DNA from: Syntrophorhabdaceae bacterium
GTDB lineage: Bacteria > Desulfobacterota > Syntrophorhabdia > Syntrophorhabdales > Syntrophorhabdaceae
Reading direction: 5' to 3'
NCBI GenBank assembly: GCA_963665295.1
Contig: OY762209.1
Location: forward strand, 4,896,001 to 4,960,000
DNA length: 64,000 bases
Positions 48,983 through 58,563 of the stretch are shown one piece after another; position 1 is the stretch's first letter; the number at the start of each line of letters is the position of its first letter. The notes under the pieces were generated by a model. It had not been told where the DNA came from and ran no database searches. It worked only from the letters and a program-made list of their open reading frames with translations. Made by a program: the position numbers and the translations under genes.

Positions 48983-51019
48983 CTATTTGCTTTGTTTTAC
49001 CGTGAAATCGGTCTTTTTGCCATTCTGTCCAAGGGTTACGGTAATCTTCCCGGTCCTTGAGCCACCACTTTCGTTAGGGCTCACCGTATAGTTTACCGTC
49101 TGGTTGCCGACGCCGCTTTGCTGCACCGGTGTCCAATAGAGGAAATTTGCGGCGACCCATTCGCAGTCGGCCACGCTCACCTTGACATCGAAAGTCCCCG
49201 CCCCTCCCATGTTGTCGAATGAATAAGAAGCAGGACTGAGGCCGGTAATCTTGCAGGGGGCTCCGCTCTGCTTGACGGCGAAGGTGGTGCCTCCGTCAGT
49301 GGCGTTGGTCCCGATCTTTACCCCCGATGTTCTGGTGAGCGACGTTCCGCTGGCCTGAACATTCAGTTTTACCGATCCCTTTTGATTGTTCCAGGTTTGA
49401 CTCACCACAGTCACCCACGGGTCGTCCGGCTCTATTTCAGGGGGAGGGCACAGCATGGCGGTCGAGACGCCGACCGTGATATTGCCTCCCTTGCTCGAGA
49501 TAGTTCTGGCGTCAGGGGTTAGCTTGTAGGTGCAGTTTATATAGGGATCCGTGAGAAAACTTACACTCCATCCGATGTTGGAGATCCACCACTTTATGTC
49601 CATATATCCTTTCTGGCCCCACTTGGTGCCCCACGAATTCTTCAGCATCCATGTCTCCCTCACGTCATCCCAGCCTACCAGGATGACTGCATGGTTATTC
49701 GAGGAAGGGCATAAGGCCGATTCATCCGTATCGAAGACGCCCGATTTGTAGGCCTGAAAGGCAGGTCCGTCACAGATGGTGACCGCCACGGGCCCGTAAT
49801 TATAGATCAAGGTCTTGATCTGGTCCACATCGAGGGGCACTTCCTTACTGCCCGCCCAACCCCACTCGCCCATCCATAGCGAGTGTCTGTCTATGGTCTT
49901 GCATGCAATGTCGGAGGCTTTGTAAGGCATATCCTTTTCGAGCACCGCGCCGTAGATGGTCTGGAGGTCCCCCCGCATCGCCCATCCGTTTGTGGCCACA
50001 AGGTGGTAGTCGTGGGCCCAGTATCCGCCGTTGCAGGAATACTTGGGGTCCTCCACATTGCAGGACACGAGGAATTGTTCCGAAACGTCGAACTCGAAAC
50101 CATAGTTTATCTTCAAGGACGATTCCAGAATACCCGCTGTGGCAAAGGCCCAGCAGGATCCACACGCCTTCTGGTCCTTGATCTTTATATTGCCTCCCCG
50201 TTCGCGCCAATCGAAATAGCCTGGAAGCGCCCCCGGCGGTGCAGGAGGAGGCAGCGCTGCCGACGCGGAGGACCTTTGGGGCGCTGCGGACGATGCCACA
50301 GACGGAGCAGGGTCGCTCAGGTCCACGGTTTCCGGGAGTTCCGCCATATCGAGCGTAGCGTGGGCCACCGCTTTCTCGTCGGGATCGAAAGGTCTCCTGT
50401 AGGCGAGCTTCACCGTGGCGTCTCCTCCCTGCAACGCTTTCAGGACGATACGTTGCCTCGCGGGGCCGCCGGGAAGGCCGTTCCTCGCCTCGAACGTGTG
50501 GGCCCCCTGTTCCGCGAACTTCGCACCATCGGAACGGGCCACCTCCCACGTGTAGCCTGTCGACGGGTTTGCGTCAAGAACGATGGTGACAATCTGGTCC
50601 TTCGCGACCTTTCCTGTCATCTTGATCCCGAATGGGCCGCCTATGATTCCCGAACCGTCAAGGGCATTCCCGGAGAGAAGCCGTCTCATGTCCTCCGTGC
50701 CCGTGCCGTTAAGAACATAACTGATTGCGCCTTTGTCTCCGGGCACGGTATTGAGGGTAATACTCTTCGCGGACAGGGCCCTTTCTTTTTGCGCGATCAT
50801 CTCGACCAGTCGTTGCCTTTCAGTCGCATCGGGGAACAATTCTATCTCCCAGGCCGCGTGCGCCGGGGAGGATACGGACTCAGGGCCCGCTTGACCCGCG
50901 CAGGTCTCACATGGCACGGTAAAAATCTGAAAGGAGGCAAGAAAAGCCACGATGAGCAGTATCGGAACATGTCTTTTCTTTGCGGTTTTTGACGATAATT
51001 GACTATCCACTCTATGCAT
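48983..51019 (-). CDS. Secreted papain-family (C1A) cysteine protease with an I42 chagasin domain and C-terminal BACON-like repeats
   Basis: NPSTGYTW...YRRPF (I42); DQ..CGSCWAFA, NHAVILVGW, KNSWG..WG (catalytic C/H/N); two beta-rich C-terminal repeats. Confidence 0.9.
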   Translation of the reverse strand: MHRVDSQLSSKTAKKRHVPILLIVAFLASFQIFTVPCETCAGQAGPESVSSPAHAAWEIELFPDATERQRLVEMIAQKERALSAKSITLNTVPGDKGAISYVLNGTGTEDMRRLLSGNALDGSGIIGGPFGIKMTGKVAKDQIVTIVLDANPSTGYTWEVARSDGAKFAEQGAHTFEARNGLPGGPARQRIVLKALQGGDATVKLAYRRPFDPDEKAVAHATLDMAELPETVDLSDPAPSVASSAAPQRSSASAALPPPAPPGALPGYFDWRERGGNIKIKDQKACGSCWAFATAGILESSLKINYGFEFDVSEQFLVSCNVEDPKYSCNGGYWAHDYHLVATNGWAMRGDLQTIYGAVLEKDMPYKASDIACKTIDRHSLWMGEWGWAGSKEVPLDVDQIKTLIYNYGPVAVTICDGPAFQAYKSGVFDTDESALCPSSNNHAVILVGWDDVRETWMLKNSWGTKWGQKGYMDIKWWISNIGWSVSFLTDPYINCTYKLTPDARTISSKGGNITVGVSTAMLCPPPEIEPDDPWVTVVSQTWNNQKGSVKLNVQASGTSLTRTSGVKIGTNATDGGTTFAVKQSGAPCKITGLSPASYSFDNMGGAGTFDVKVSVADCEWVAANFLYWTPVQQSGVGNQTVNYTVSPNESGGSRTGKITVTLGQNGKKTDFTVKQSK

Positions 51020-51183
51020 CAGGCATCCCCCCACGGTATTTTCTTCAGATTCAGCCTATGTGTATGGGCGTCATAGGTTCCCACTAAACCTGTATCACGT
51101 CACAGGCGGAAAAACTGTGATTTCCGTCAATTTATCAGGTATTGGGGGGGACATTGAGGTCCATAGTTTTAGGTCCAATAAAC

Positions 51184-51212
51184 TTGACATTACGTCAACT
51201 CAACTGTACACT
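51184..51212 (+). promoter_or_regulatory. Sigma70 promoter with palindromic operator
   Basis: TTGACA-N17-TACACT; TTGAC-N5-GTCAA overlaps the -35. Confidence 0.65.
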
Positions 51213-51243
51213 ATCTCCATAAAGTACGCAGGGAGAAGAAACT

Positions 51244-51474
51244 ATGTCCAAATGTGTGCCGCAGCTCAAAATCATCAATCGCCTGCACGTCTTTCGGGCG
51301 GAACGCCGGATTACCCAGGAACAGCTTTCTAAAGAGGTGGGCGTCACAAGGGCGACCATCGTCGCCATTGAAGGCGGGGGCTACAATCCCTCTCTGGAAC
51401 TTGCCTTCCGTATTGCCCGTTATTTCAATACGGACATACAATCCATTTTTTCAGTTGAGGAGGAAAAGGAATGA
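51244..51474 (+). CDS. XRE-family HTH regulator
   Basis: ITQEQLS..VGVTRATI.AIE.G.YNPSLELAF.IA. Confidence 0.92.
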   Translation: MSKCVPQLKIINRLHVFRAERRITQEQLSKEVGVTRATIVAIEGGGYNPSLELAFRIARYFNTDIQSIFSVEEEKE

Positions 51475-52079
51475 AGAGATTGGACACTCTGTTGTTGAAA
51501 GTTTACCTGTATGGGCTTCCCGCAGTGGTTATTTTCGCGGTCTTGTCCCACCTTTACGGTCTGGGGTCCCTGGAGCAGACAGGGGGGGCCAACAAAATTC
51601 TCCACAACTTCGAAGGACTCGTCCTCGCGGTCTGGCTGGTCCTTTCCCTTTATCTGAGCGTCCGGCTGATCGTTTCCGGATCATTCAGGAACAAGGTACT
51701 CGCGAGGATGACCTTCATAAGGGAGCGTGACGAACGGGAGGCCGCATTGACGGGCAAAGCCGCGAGGACCACATTTCTCACCTCTCTTGCAGTCCTCATA
51801 CTTCTCTTCTGTCTTTCCTGTTTCCACGTCTCTTTCTACCGGCTGCCCCCGGAAAAGGCTGTGGGTGGCAAAACGGGCGTGGTCTCCCTGGGCTTTGGAT
51901 TCAAGGTATGGGGAACCCCGCAACAGGAACCGGGAAAAGGCGCCCTCCAGGGAAAGAGTATCATCTCGTACAACGGCCTGCCTGTCTCCACGATGACGGT
52001 CATACTCTTCATGATCATATGCCAGATCGCGTGCTACAATTATACAATACACCGTCTGACGAGATGTTACCGGGGGTAG
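51471..52079 (+). CDS. Membrane protein with DERE motif (DUF2178-like)
   Basis: ERDERE between TM helices; ATGA-coupled to the XRE gene. Confidence 0.75.
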   Translation: MKRLDTLLLKVYLYGLPAVVIFAVLSHLYGLGSLEQTGGANKILHNFEGLVLAVWLVLSLYLSVRLIVSGSFRNKVLARMTFIRERDEREAALTGKAARTTFLTSLAVLILLFCLSCFHVSFYRLPPEKAVGGKTGVVSLGFGFKVWGTPQQEPGKGALQGKSIISYNGLPVSTMTVILFMIICQIACYNYTIHRLTRCYRG

Positions 52080-52084
52080 TTGTT

Positions 52085-53299
52085 CTACGTCCGGAGCTTG
52101 TGCGCGTGATAGTGGGGAATGGCCTTGAGCACGAATATCGCCCCTGACGCGGCTACCAGGAGGGCGCAGTAAATATAGACCTCTCCCAGACTGACCCGGT
52201 CGGCAAGGTAACCGATTACCACCGCCCCCACACCCAGTCCCAGGTCGTAAGAAATCAGGTAAGTGGAATTCGCCAAACCGCTTTCATGGGACTCCACGAG
52301 GTTGTTGACGGTGGCCTGGCAGGTAGGCATGAGGGTCCCGAAACCCAGGCCGCCGATCATCCCCGCGATGAGGAACTGGGTGGGGCTCGTTGCCGTCCCG
52401 AGCCACACCATGCTCACCGCGGCCAGCGCCACTCCGGTCACGATCAACTGAAAAATGTAGCCTTTGTCGAAAAGACGGCCCAGGAACAGACGCGAAACAA
52501 AGACAGCCGACGAGAAACAGAGGAAAAAGGTCGTCACATTGGCAAAACCTTTTTGTGACGCATAGATGCTTACAAAGACGATTATGGCGCCATAGGCTAC
52601 CATGATGAAGAACATGGAGATGGAGATGGGAAGGGCCTTCCTGTGGAAGAGTCTCGCGAAGGAAAACTTCTTCTTTATTGCTTTCTTATAGGGGATCTTC
52701 GCCCAAAAGGCAATGACCAGCGAAACGAGAGAGATAAGGAGTATGGCAAGGAACATCACGTGAGCACCCCGGTCTCTCAATAATTGAAGACCGATAAAGG
52801 GGCCGGCGGTCATTCCCACGGGTATGCTCAAGGCAAAAATGCCTATGCCTTCGCCCCGTCTTGTTACGGGGATAATGTCGGCCACAATCGTAGCGCCCGC
52901 TGAAGTGCATAATCCGAATATGGCCCCCTGAACGAGTCTCAGCACGAACATGGCGAAAACGCTGTTCACGAACAGATAGCAGCCATAGGTTACGGTCACG
53001 AAGAAAAGGGACAGGATAAACACCATGAATCTGTGGTAATTGTCTATCAAATGGCCGGTAAAGGGACGAACGAGGATAGCCGATATGGAAAACGCCGCCA
53101 TTACCAGGCCTATACTCCCCCGGTCAACCTTCAGACTCTCCGTGAGATACATGGGCAGGGTGGGCATCAACGCGTAAAAGGCCGATGCCACGAGCACGTT
53201 CGAGGCAACGATGGCGATAAACGCCCTCGACCATAGTTTCTTCTCCACGGGGCGGCCCCCCGGTTCATTGGTAAGGCGAGTATTGCGAGAATCCCCCAC
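52085..53299 (-). CDS. MFS transporter
   Basis: ~12 TM, RRGEGIG; start could be 53248. Confidence 0.9.
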   Translation of the reverse strand: MGDSRNTRLTNEPGGRPVEKKLWSRAFIAIVASNVLVASAFYALMPTLPMYLTESLKVDRGSIGLVMAAFSISAILVRPFTGHLIDNYHRFMVFILSLFFVTVTYGCYLFVNSVFAMFVLRLVQGAIFGLCTSAGATIVADIIPVTRRGEGIGIFALSIPVGMTAGPFIGLQLLRDRGAHVMFLAILLISLVSLVIAFWAKIPYKKAIKKKFSFARLFHRKALPISISMFFIMVAYGAIIVFVSIYASQKGFANVTTFFLCFSSAVFVSRLFLGRLFDKGYIFQLIVTGVALAAVSMVWLGTATSPTQFLIAGMIGGLGFGTLMPTCQATVNNLVESHESGLANSTYLISYDLGLGVGAVVIGYLADRVSLGEVYIYCALLVAASGAIFVLKAIPHYHAHKLRT

Positions 53300-53409
53300 G
53301 AACCTCCATCACGTCTCGAATATGTCGACCCAGGAAGAGAGCATAGCACCGGAAGGGAAGATGTGCAAGGAATTGCACCGCCTTCCGAGGCCCGCAGGCG
53401 CGCCGCGAC

Positions 53410-54522
53410 TCAGCCCAACCGCTTCCTGAACCTGAATGTGGAAAGGGCGAGGATCGTCACGCCCAGACCAAAAAGGGCCAGGACCTGCGGCCATAACACC
53501 TCGATACCCACCCCCTTGAGAAAGATCCCCCTCACGATCACGAGAAAATACCTCAAGGGGTTCAGATAGGTAATATACTGGAAGACCAGGGGCATGTTCT
53601 CGATGGGGGTCGCAAACCCGGAAAGGAGTATGGCGGGCTGAAAGAAGAAGAACGTGGCCATCATAGCTTGCTGTTGGGTCTTGGATATGGTCGATATGAA
53701 GAGCCCGATCCCGAGAACCGGAAGAAGATAGACAGCGGTGCAGAGGAACAGGAAAAAGAAGGCGCCCTTGATGGGAATGGCAAACCAGAACACCCCCGCG
53801 GCAGTGACGAGGGCCATATCGAAGAAAGCGACCGCCGCAAAGGGTATCGTCTTCCCCAGTATCAACTCCACCGGTCTGATGGGAGTGACCATGAGTTGTT
53901 CCATGGTGCCCACCTCCCGCTCCCGCACCACCGCCATGGAGGTGAGCATAAGAGAGGTGAGCAAGATGATGAGTGCAATGACGCCGGGGACCATATAGTT
54001 TCTGCTCTTCAGGTCGGGGTTGTACCAGACGCGGGTGCGGAATTCTACCCGGGGGAGGGCCGGCGTCACTACGGGCAGGCCCCTCTCTTTCGCATACCCC
54101 GTGATCACCGTATTTATGTAGCCCAGGGCGATCATGGCCGTGTTCGAATCCGTTCCGTCCACGATGACCTGCACCCCGGACGGGATGCCTCTTTTCAGGT
54201 CCTTCGCAAAACCCCGGTTTATCTGAATGGCCGAAAGGACCTTGCCCCTGTCGAGAAGCTCCCTTATCTCGCCCGGAGACCCGGGCCTGTAATCGATGCT
54301 GAAGTATCCGGAACCCTGAAGCCTCCTTTCAAGCTCCCTGCTTTCATAGGATTTATCGAGGTCGTAGAAAGCCGTGGAAATGGAGTTGACGTCGAAGGTA
54401 GCCACGTATCCGAAGAGCACGAGTTGGATGAGGGGGGTGACGAAGAGGAAGAAGATCATCCTCTTGTCCCTGAAGGTCTGTATGAACTCCTTGATTACAA
54501 GACGCATGATCCGTTCGCCCAT
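53410..54522 (-). CDS. ABC-2 permease (YbhR-like)
   Basis: YNPDL.S..YMVPG, REREVGTMEQL.VTP. Confidence 0.92.
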   Translation of the reverse strand: MGERIMRLVIKEFIQTFRDKRMIFFLFVTPLIQLVLFGYVATFDVNSISTAFYDLDKSYESRELERRLQGSGYFSIDYRPGSPGEIRELLDRGKVLSAIQINRGFAKDLKRGIPSGVQVIVDGTDSNTAMIALGYINTVITGYAKERGLPVVTPALPRVEFRTRVWYNPDLKSRNYMVPGVIALIILLTSLMLTSMAVVREREVGTMEQLMVTPIRPVELILGKTIPFAAVAFFDMALVTAAGVFWFAIPIKGAFFFLFLCTAVYLLPVLGIGLFISTISKTQQQAMMATFFFFQPAILLSGFATPIENMPLVFQYITYLNPLRYFLVIVRGIFLKGVGIEVLWPQVLALFGLGVTILALSTFRFRKRLG

Positions 54523-54523
54523 A

Positions 54524-55633
54524 TCAGTCGATCTTCTTCCGAAATTTCTTTACCGCCATAAGGAAGACGCCCAATCCGTAGCCTGTGAGCAGCACGGTCT
54601 CCCACATGAGAAATTCGAGGCCCACGCCCTTCAGAAAAATGCCCTTCAGGATGGTCACGAAGTAGCGGGCGGGGATTACATAGGTAATAACCTGGAGGGG
54701 GCCCGGCATGTTCGATATGCTGAAGATGAAGCCGGAGAGGAGGAAGGCGGGAAGAAAGGAATTGAGCATCGCCATCTGGCTTGCCACCACCTGAGTCCTC
54801 GCCACTATGGAAATGAGTATGCCCATACTCAAACCGCCGATAAGGAAGATGGACGAGAGAATGAGGAGAAGGGGGGCGCTGCCCCTTAAGGGCACTCCGA
54901 AAAGGGCCGTACTTATGAAAATAGAGAGGACCGTATCGACGAGACCTATTACGAAATAGGGGATCAGTTTCCCGATGACCAGTTCCGCAGGGGTGATGGG
55001 CGTTGATATGAGCTGTTCCATGGTGCCCCTGTCCCACTCTCTCGCCACTGTAAGGGACGTGAGGAGGGCGACGATCACCGCCATGATTATGGCGATGAGC
55101 CCCGGTATGATAAAATTCCTCGACCTTAACTCCGTATTGTACCAGACCCGGCTCCTGACATCGATAACCGGGGCGGCCACGCGGCCCGCAAGCCTCCCGG
55201 GGTATGCCGCGGCAATGGCATTGATGTAGCCTTGGGCGATATTCGCCGTGTTCGAGTTGCTTCCGTCAAGGATCACCTCGACACGGGCGTCCTTCCCTGC
55301 CCGGACCCGTCTCGAAAAATCGACCGGTATGGCTATGGCGGCTATTGCCTTGCCGTGATCGAGAAAGGTGTCCATGTCTCCATACCGGTCCACATAGGAG
55401 ATGATGGAAAAGTAACCCGACCGGGCGAACTCGTTCACAAGTTCCCTGCTCATGCTGCTTTTGTCCAGGTCGCACACCACGGTGGCAACCCTGTCCACGT
55501 CGAAGGTCACCCCGTAGCCATAGATAAAAAGGAGGATTACGGGCATGAGAAAGGCCATGGCGAGGCTTAAGGGGTCGCGCCGTATCTGTATGGACTCCTT
55601 CTTTGCCATGGCCTTGATCCTGAGAAACTTCAT
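54524..55633 (-). CDS. ABC-2 permease (YbhS-like)
   Basis: REWDRGTMEQLISTP, LLSGFIF.I.NMP. Confidence 0.92.
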   Translation of the reverse strand: MKFLRIKAMAKKESIQIRRDPLSLAMAFLMPVILLFIYGYGVTFDVDRVATVVCDLDKSSMSRELVNEFARSGYFSIISYVDRYGDMDTFLDHGKAIAAIAIPVDFSRRVRAGKDARVEVILDGSNSNTANIAQGYINAIAAAYPGRLAGRVAAPVIDVRSRVWYNTELRSRNFIIPGLIAIIMAVIVALLTSLTVAREWDRGTMEQLISTPITPAELVIGKLIPYFVIGLVDTVLSIFISTALFGVPLRGSAPLLLILSSIFLIGGLSMGILISIVARTQVVASQMAMLNSFLPAFLLSGFIFSISNMPGPLQVITYVIPARYFVTILKGIFLKGVGLEFLMWETVLLTGYGLGVFLMAVKKFRKKID

Positions 55634-55634
55634 T

Positions 55635-56585
55635 TCAGGAAACCTCTATAAGGGTGACAAAGACGTCTTCCAGAGAGGGGACGATCTTCTCGCACCCCTT
55701 TACCTCTATGCCCGACGACGTGAGAAGGGCCACGATCCGCTGCCTGCCCGCTTCGGCCTCTTCCACCGTAACGTGAAGGGTGCTCCCGAAAATGGCCGTG
55801 TCCATGCCGCTTTGCATGAGCAGGTCCATGGCGTCCACCACGCGGTCCGTCCGAACCTCCAGCACGTGGCGTTGCATATACTCGTGCCTGAGTTCGGAGG
55901 GCGTTCCTTCCGCAATGATCCTGCCCCTGTAGATGAGGGCGAGCCTGTCGCAGTAGTCCGCTTCGTCCATATAGTGGGTGGTGACGAACACGGTGGTCCC
56001 CGCCTCGGACATTTCATCGATGAGGCGCCAGAAATTTCTCCTTGAGATGGGGTCTACCCCTGAGGTCGGCTCGTCAAGGAAGATGATGGGCGGCTCGTGG
56101 AGCACGGCGCAACCGAGGGCGAGTCTCTGTTTGAAACCTCCGGCCAGCGTCCGTGAGAGGCTGCCGGTCCTCTCCCTGATCCCCGCCATGTCGAGAACCC
56201 ATTCCTTGCGTTCCTTCTTCTTCTCTTTCGGGACATTGTAAATGCCCGCGAAGAAGTCTATATTTTCCTCCACCGTCAAGTCGTCATAAAGGGAAAACCT
56301 CTGGGACATATAACCCACGATCTTCTTGATGGACTCCGGTTGGCGGATTATGTCGAACCCGCCCACCACGCCGCTCCCGCCCGTGGGCATGAGGAGCCCG
56401 CAAAGCATGCGGATGGTGGTCGATTTTCCCGCCCCGTTGGGCCCGAGAAAGCCGAATATTTCCCCTCTCTTCACTTCCAGGTTGATGGCGTCCACCGCGA
56501 CAAAGTCCCCGAAAGTCCGGCGCAGATCGTGGACGCGCACCGCGACGTCCTTGCCGGCCGCGGATATCTCTCTTGTTTTCACCAT
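55635..56585 (-). CDS. ABC ATP-binding protein
   Basis: GPNGAGKS, LAGG, FLDEPTSGVDP, TTH. Confidence 0.95.
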   Translation of the reverse strand: MVKTREISAAGKDVAVRVHDLRRTFGDFVAVDAINLEVKRGEIFGFLGPNGAGKSTTIRMLCGLLMPTGGSGVVGGFDIIRQPESIKKIVGYMSQRFSLYDDLTVEENIDFFAGIYNVPKEKKKERKEWVLDMAGIRERTGSLSRTLAGGFKQRLALGCAVLHEPPIIFLDEPTSGVDPISRRNFWRLIDEMSEAGTTVFVTTHYMDEADYCDRLALIYRGRIIAEGTPSELRHEYMQRHVLEVRTDRVVDAMDLLMQSGMDTAIFGSTLHVTVEEAEAGRQRIVALLTSSGIEVKGCEKIVPSLEDVFVTLIEVS

Positions 56586-56607
56586 AACGCGGGTTCTACC
56601 CTTCCCC

Positions 56608-57537
56608 TCAATTCGTCTCCCTTCCGAGGACCATGGCTATGAACACGTCTTCGAGGGATGGCGATATCCTCCGCTCTCCTTCTACGGGGATGCCTCTCCT
56701 CTTGAGCGCCTCCAGGACCGGTCCCTCGCGGTCTTCCCTGTCCACTGCAATATGTATCCGCTCGCCATACATACTCACCGACAGGACACCCGGCACAGAG
56801 GCGAGGAAATCCCGCGCAATTCTCGCCTCGGGGGTCGATATCTCCATCATGGGAACCCCCAGGGACTGCTTGACCTTTATGGGCTCGTCGGTTACAAGGA
56901 TGTCCCCCTTGTCGATAAGGGCGATCCTCGTGCACCTCTCCGCTTCGTCGAGGTACGCGGTAGAGATGAAAACCGTTATCCTCTCCTTGAGGAGGTCGTA
57001 GAGGATGCGCCAGAAATCCCTCCGCGATACAGGGTCCACGCCGCTCGTGGGCTCGTCGAGGAAGAGGATTTCCGGTGTATGGATGAGGGCGCATGCGAGA
57101 CCCAGTTTCTGTTTCATTCCCCCCGAGAGGTTGCCCGCAAGGCGTTCCTTGAAAGGGGTAAGGTTGCTGAACCCGAGCAGCCTTTCAGTGCGCTCCGGCC
57201 TTTCCGCGAGGGGCACCCCATAGAGGTCCGCATAGAAACCGATGTTCTCCATGACCGTCAGATCCTCGTAAAGGCCGAACCGCTGGGACATGTAACCGAT
57301 CCGCTCCTTGATGCGCTCGCCGTCTTTGAGGACCGAAGCCCCCGCCACCGATGCGTCGCCCGACGTGGGTTTCATAATGGCGGTAAGGAGCCTCATGATG
57401 GTGGTCTTGCCTGCCCCATCAGGACCGACGAGACCGAAAAGCTCCCCCCGGCGCACTTCGAGGTTCAGACCTTTGACCGCCACGGTGTCGCCGAATACCT
57501 TCCGGAGGTTTGATGTCTTTATGACAACGTCATCCAT
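56608..57537 (-). CDS. ABC ATP-binding protein
   Basis: GPDGAGKT, LSGGMKQK, FLDEPT. Confidence 0.95.
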   Translation of the reverse strand: MDDVVIKTSNLRKVFGDTVAVKGLNLEVRRGELFGLVGPDGAGKTTIMRLLTAIMKPTSGDASVAGASVLKDGERIKERIGYMSQRFGLYEDLTVMENIGFYADLYGVPLAERPERTERLLGFSNLTPFKERLAGNLSGGMKQKLGLACALIHTPEILFLDEPTSGVDPVSRRDFWRILYDLLKERITVFISTAYLDEAERCTRIALIDKGDILVTDEPIKVKQSLGVPMMEISTPEARIARDFLASVPGVLSVSMYGERIHIAVDREDREGPVLEALKRRGIPVEGERRISPSLEDVFIAMVLGRETN

Positions 57538-57573
57538 AGAAACCCCCTGGCCTCCGGCAGGTCGTCCCTTGCC

Positions 57574-58563
57574 TCAAGGCCGCACCAGGATCTTCACGTC
57601 GGCGGGCATACTCGGTTTGAGTTCGCCCTTCTCATTCTTCACCAGGACCTTCACGCCGAATACGAGCTTCACCCTCTCCTCCGGGGTCTGCACGGTCTTA
57701 GGGGTGAACTCCGCTTCCGATGAAATGTAGCTCACCGTCCCCTCGTAAGATTTATTCCTGTAACTGTCAACGGTGATCTTCGCCTTCTGCCCCAGCTTCA
57801 CGAGGCCGAGTTTGTCTTCCTTCACATATACCTTGATCCACGGCTTTTCGAGGTCGCCTATGGTGACGATAGGGGTGCCCTGGGCGACTGTTTCACCGGG
57901 CTCCACGTTCTTCCGGAGCACGATGCCGTCCATAGGAGCATAAATCACCGTATCTCTAAGCCTTTCCTCCGACGCGGCAAGGGCGGCCCGCGCCTGCTCC
58001 ACCTGGTGCGCGGCAATCTCGATCTCTTCCTTTCTCGGCCCTTCCCTGGTCAGGCTTTGACCTTCAAGGGCGTTCCTGTGTAATGCGGCCCGCGACTCGT
58101 AGGCGCTCCTCGCAATGTCGTATTGGGAGGCGGAAATTGCACCATTCTTGTAAAGCACCTCGGCCCTGTCGAAATCCTTCCTCACCTTTTGGAGTTCAGC
58201 TTCCTGGACATTCACATTGGCGCGCGCCTGTTCTATCTCCTGCGACCGGGAGCCTGCCTTAAGTTCGGCAAGTTTTGTGGATGCCTGTTTCAGGGACGCC
58301 CTCCCCTGGGCCACCACGGCCTCCGCTTCCACACGGTCGAGCCTCGCAATGACGTCGCCCTTTTTCACCTTCGTGCCTTCGTCCACGGGACGTTCCATCA
58401 CCCTCCCGGGTATCTTGAAGCCCACGTTCGCCTCCGTCACTTCCACATTTCCCGAAAGGATGAGGGAGCCGTCATCCGGCGCCGTCCGGTAATGCCGCAC
58501 CAGGACAACGATGACGATTGCGACAACAAGGCCTGCGATTATCGGTATTGCTTTCTTTTTCAT
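57574..58563 (-). CDS. HlyD/YbhG-family periplasmic adaptor
   Basis: N-terminal TM, V.EG..VKKG, AP.DG.V, AEFTPKTVQT. Confidence 0.93.
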   Translation of the reverse strand: MKKKAIPIIAGLVVAIVIVVLVRHYRTAPDDGSLILSGNVEVTEANVGFKIPGRVMERPVDEGTKVKKGDVIARLDRVEAEAVVAQGRASLKQASTKLAELKAGSRSQEIEQARANVNVQEAELQKVRKDFDRAEVLYKNGAISASQYDIARSAYESRAALHRNALEGQSLTREGPRKEEIEIAAHQVEQARAALAASEERLRDTVIYAPMDGIVLRKNVEPGETVAQGTPIVTIGDLEKPWIKVYVKEDKLGLVKLGQKAKITVDSYRNKSYEGTVSYISSEAEFTPKTVQTPEERVKLVFGVKVLVKNEKGELKPSMPADVKILVRP

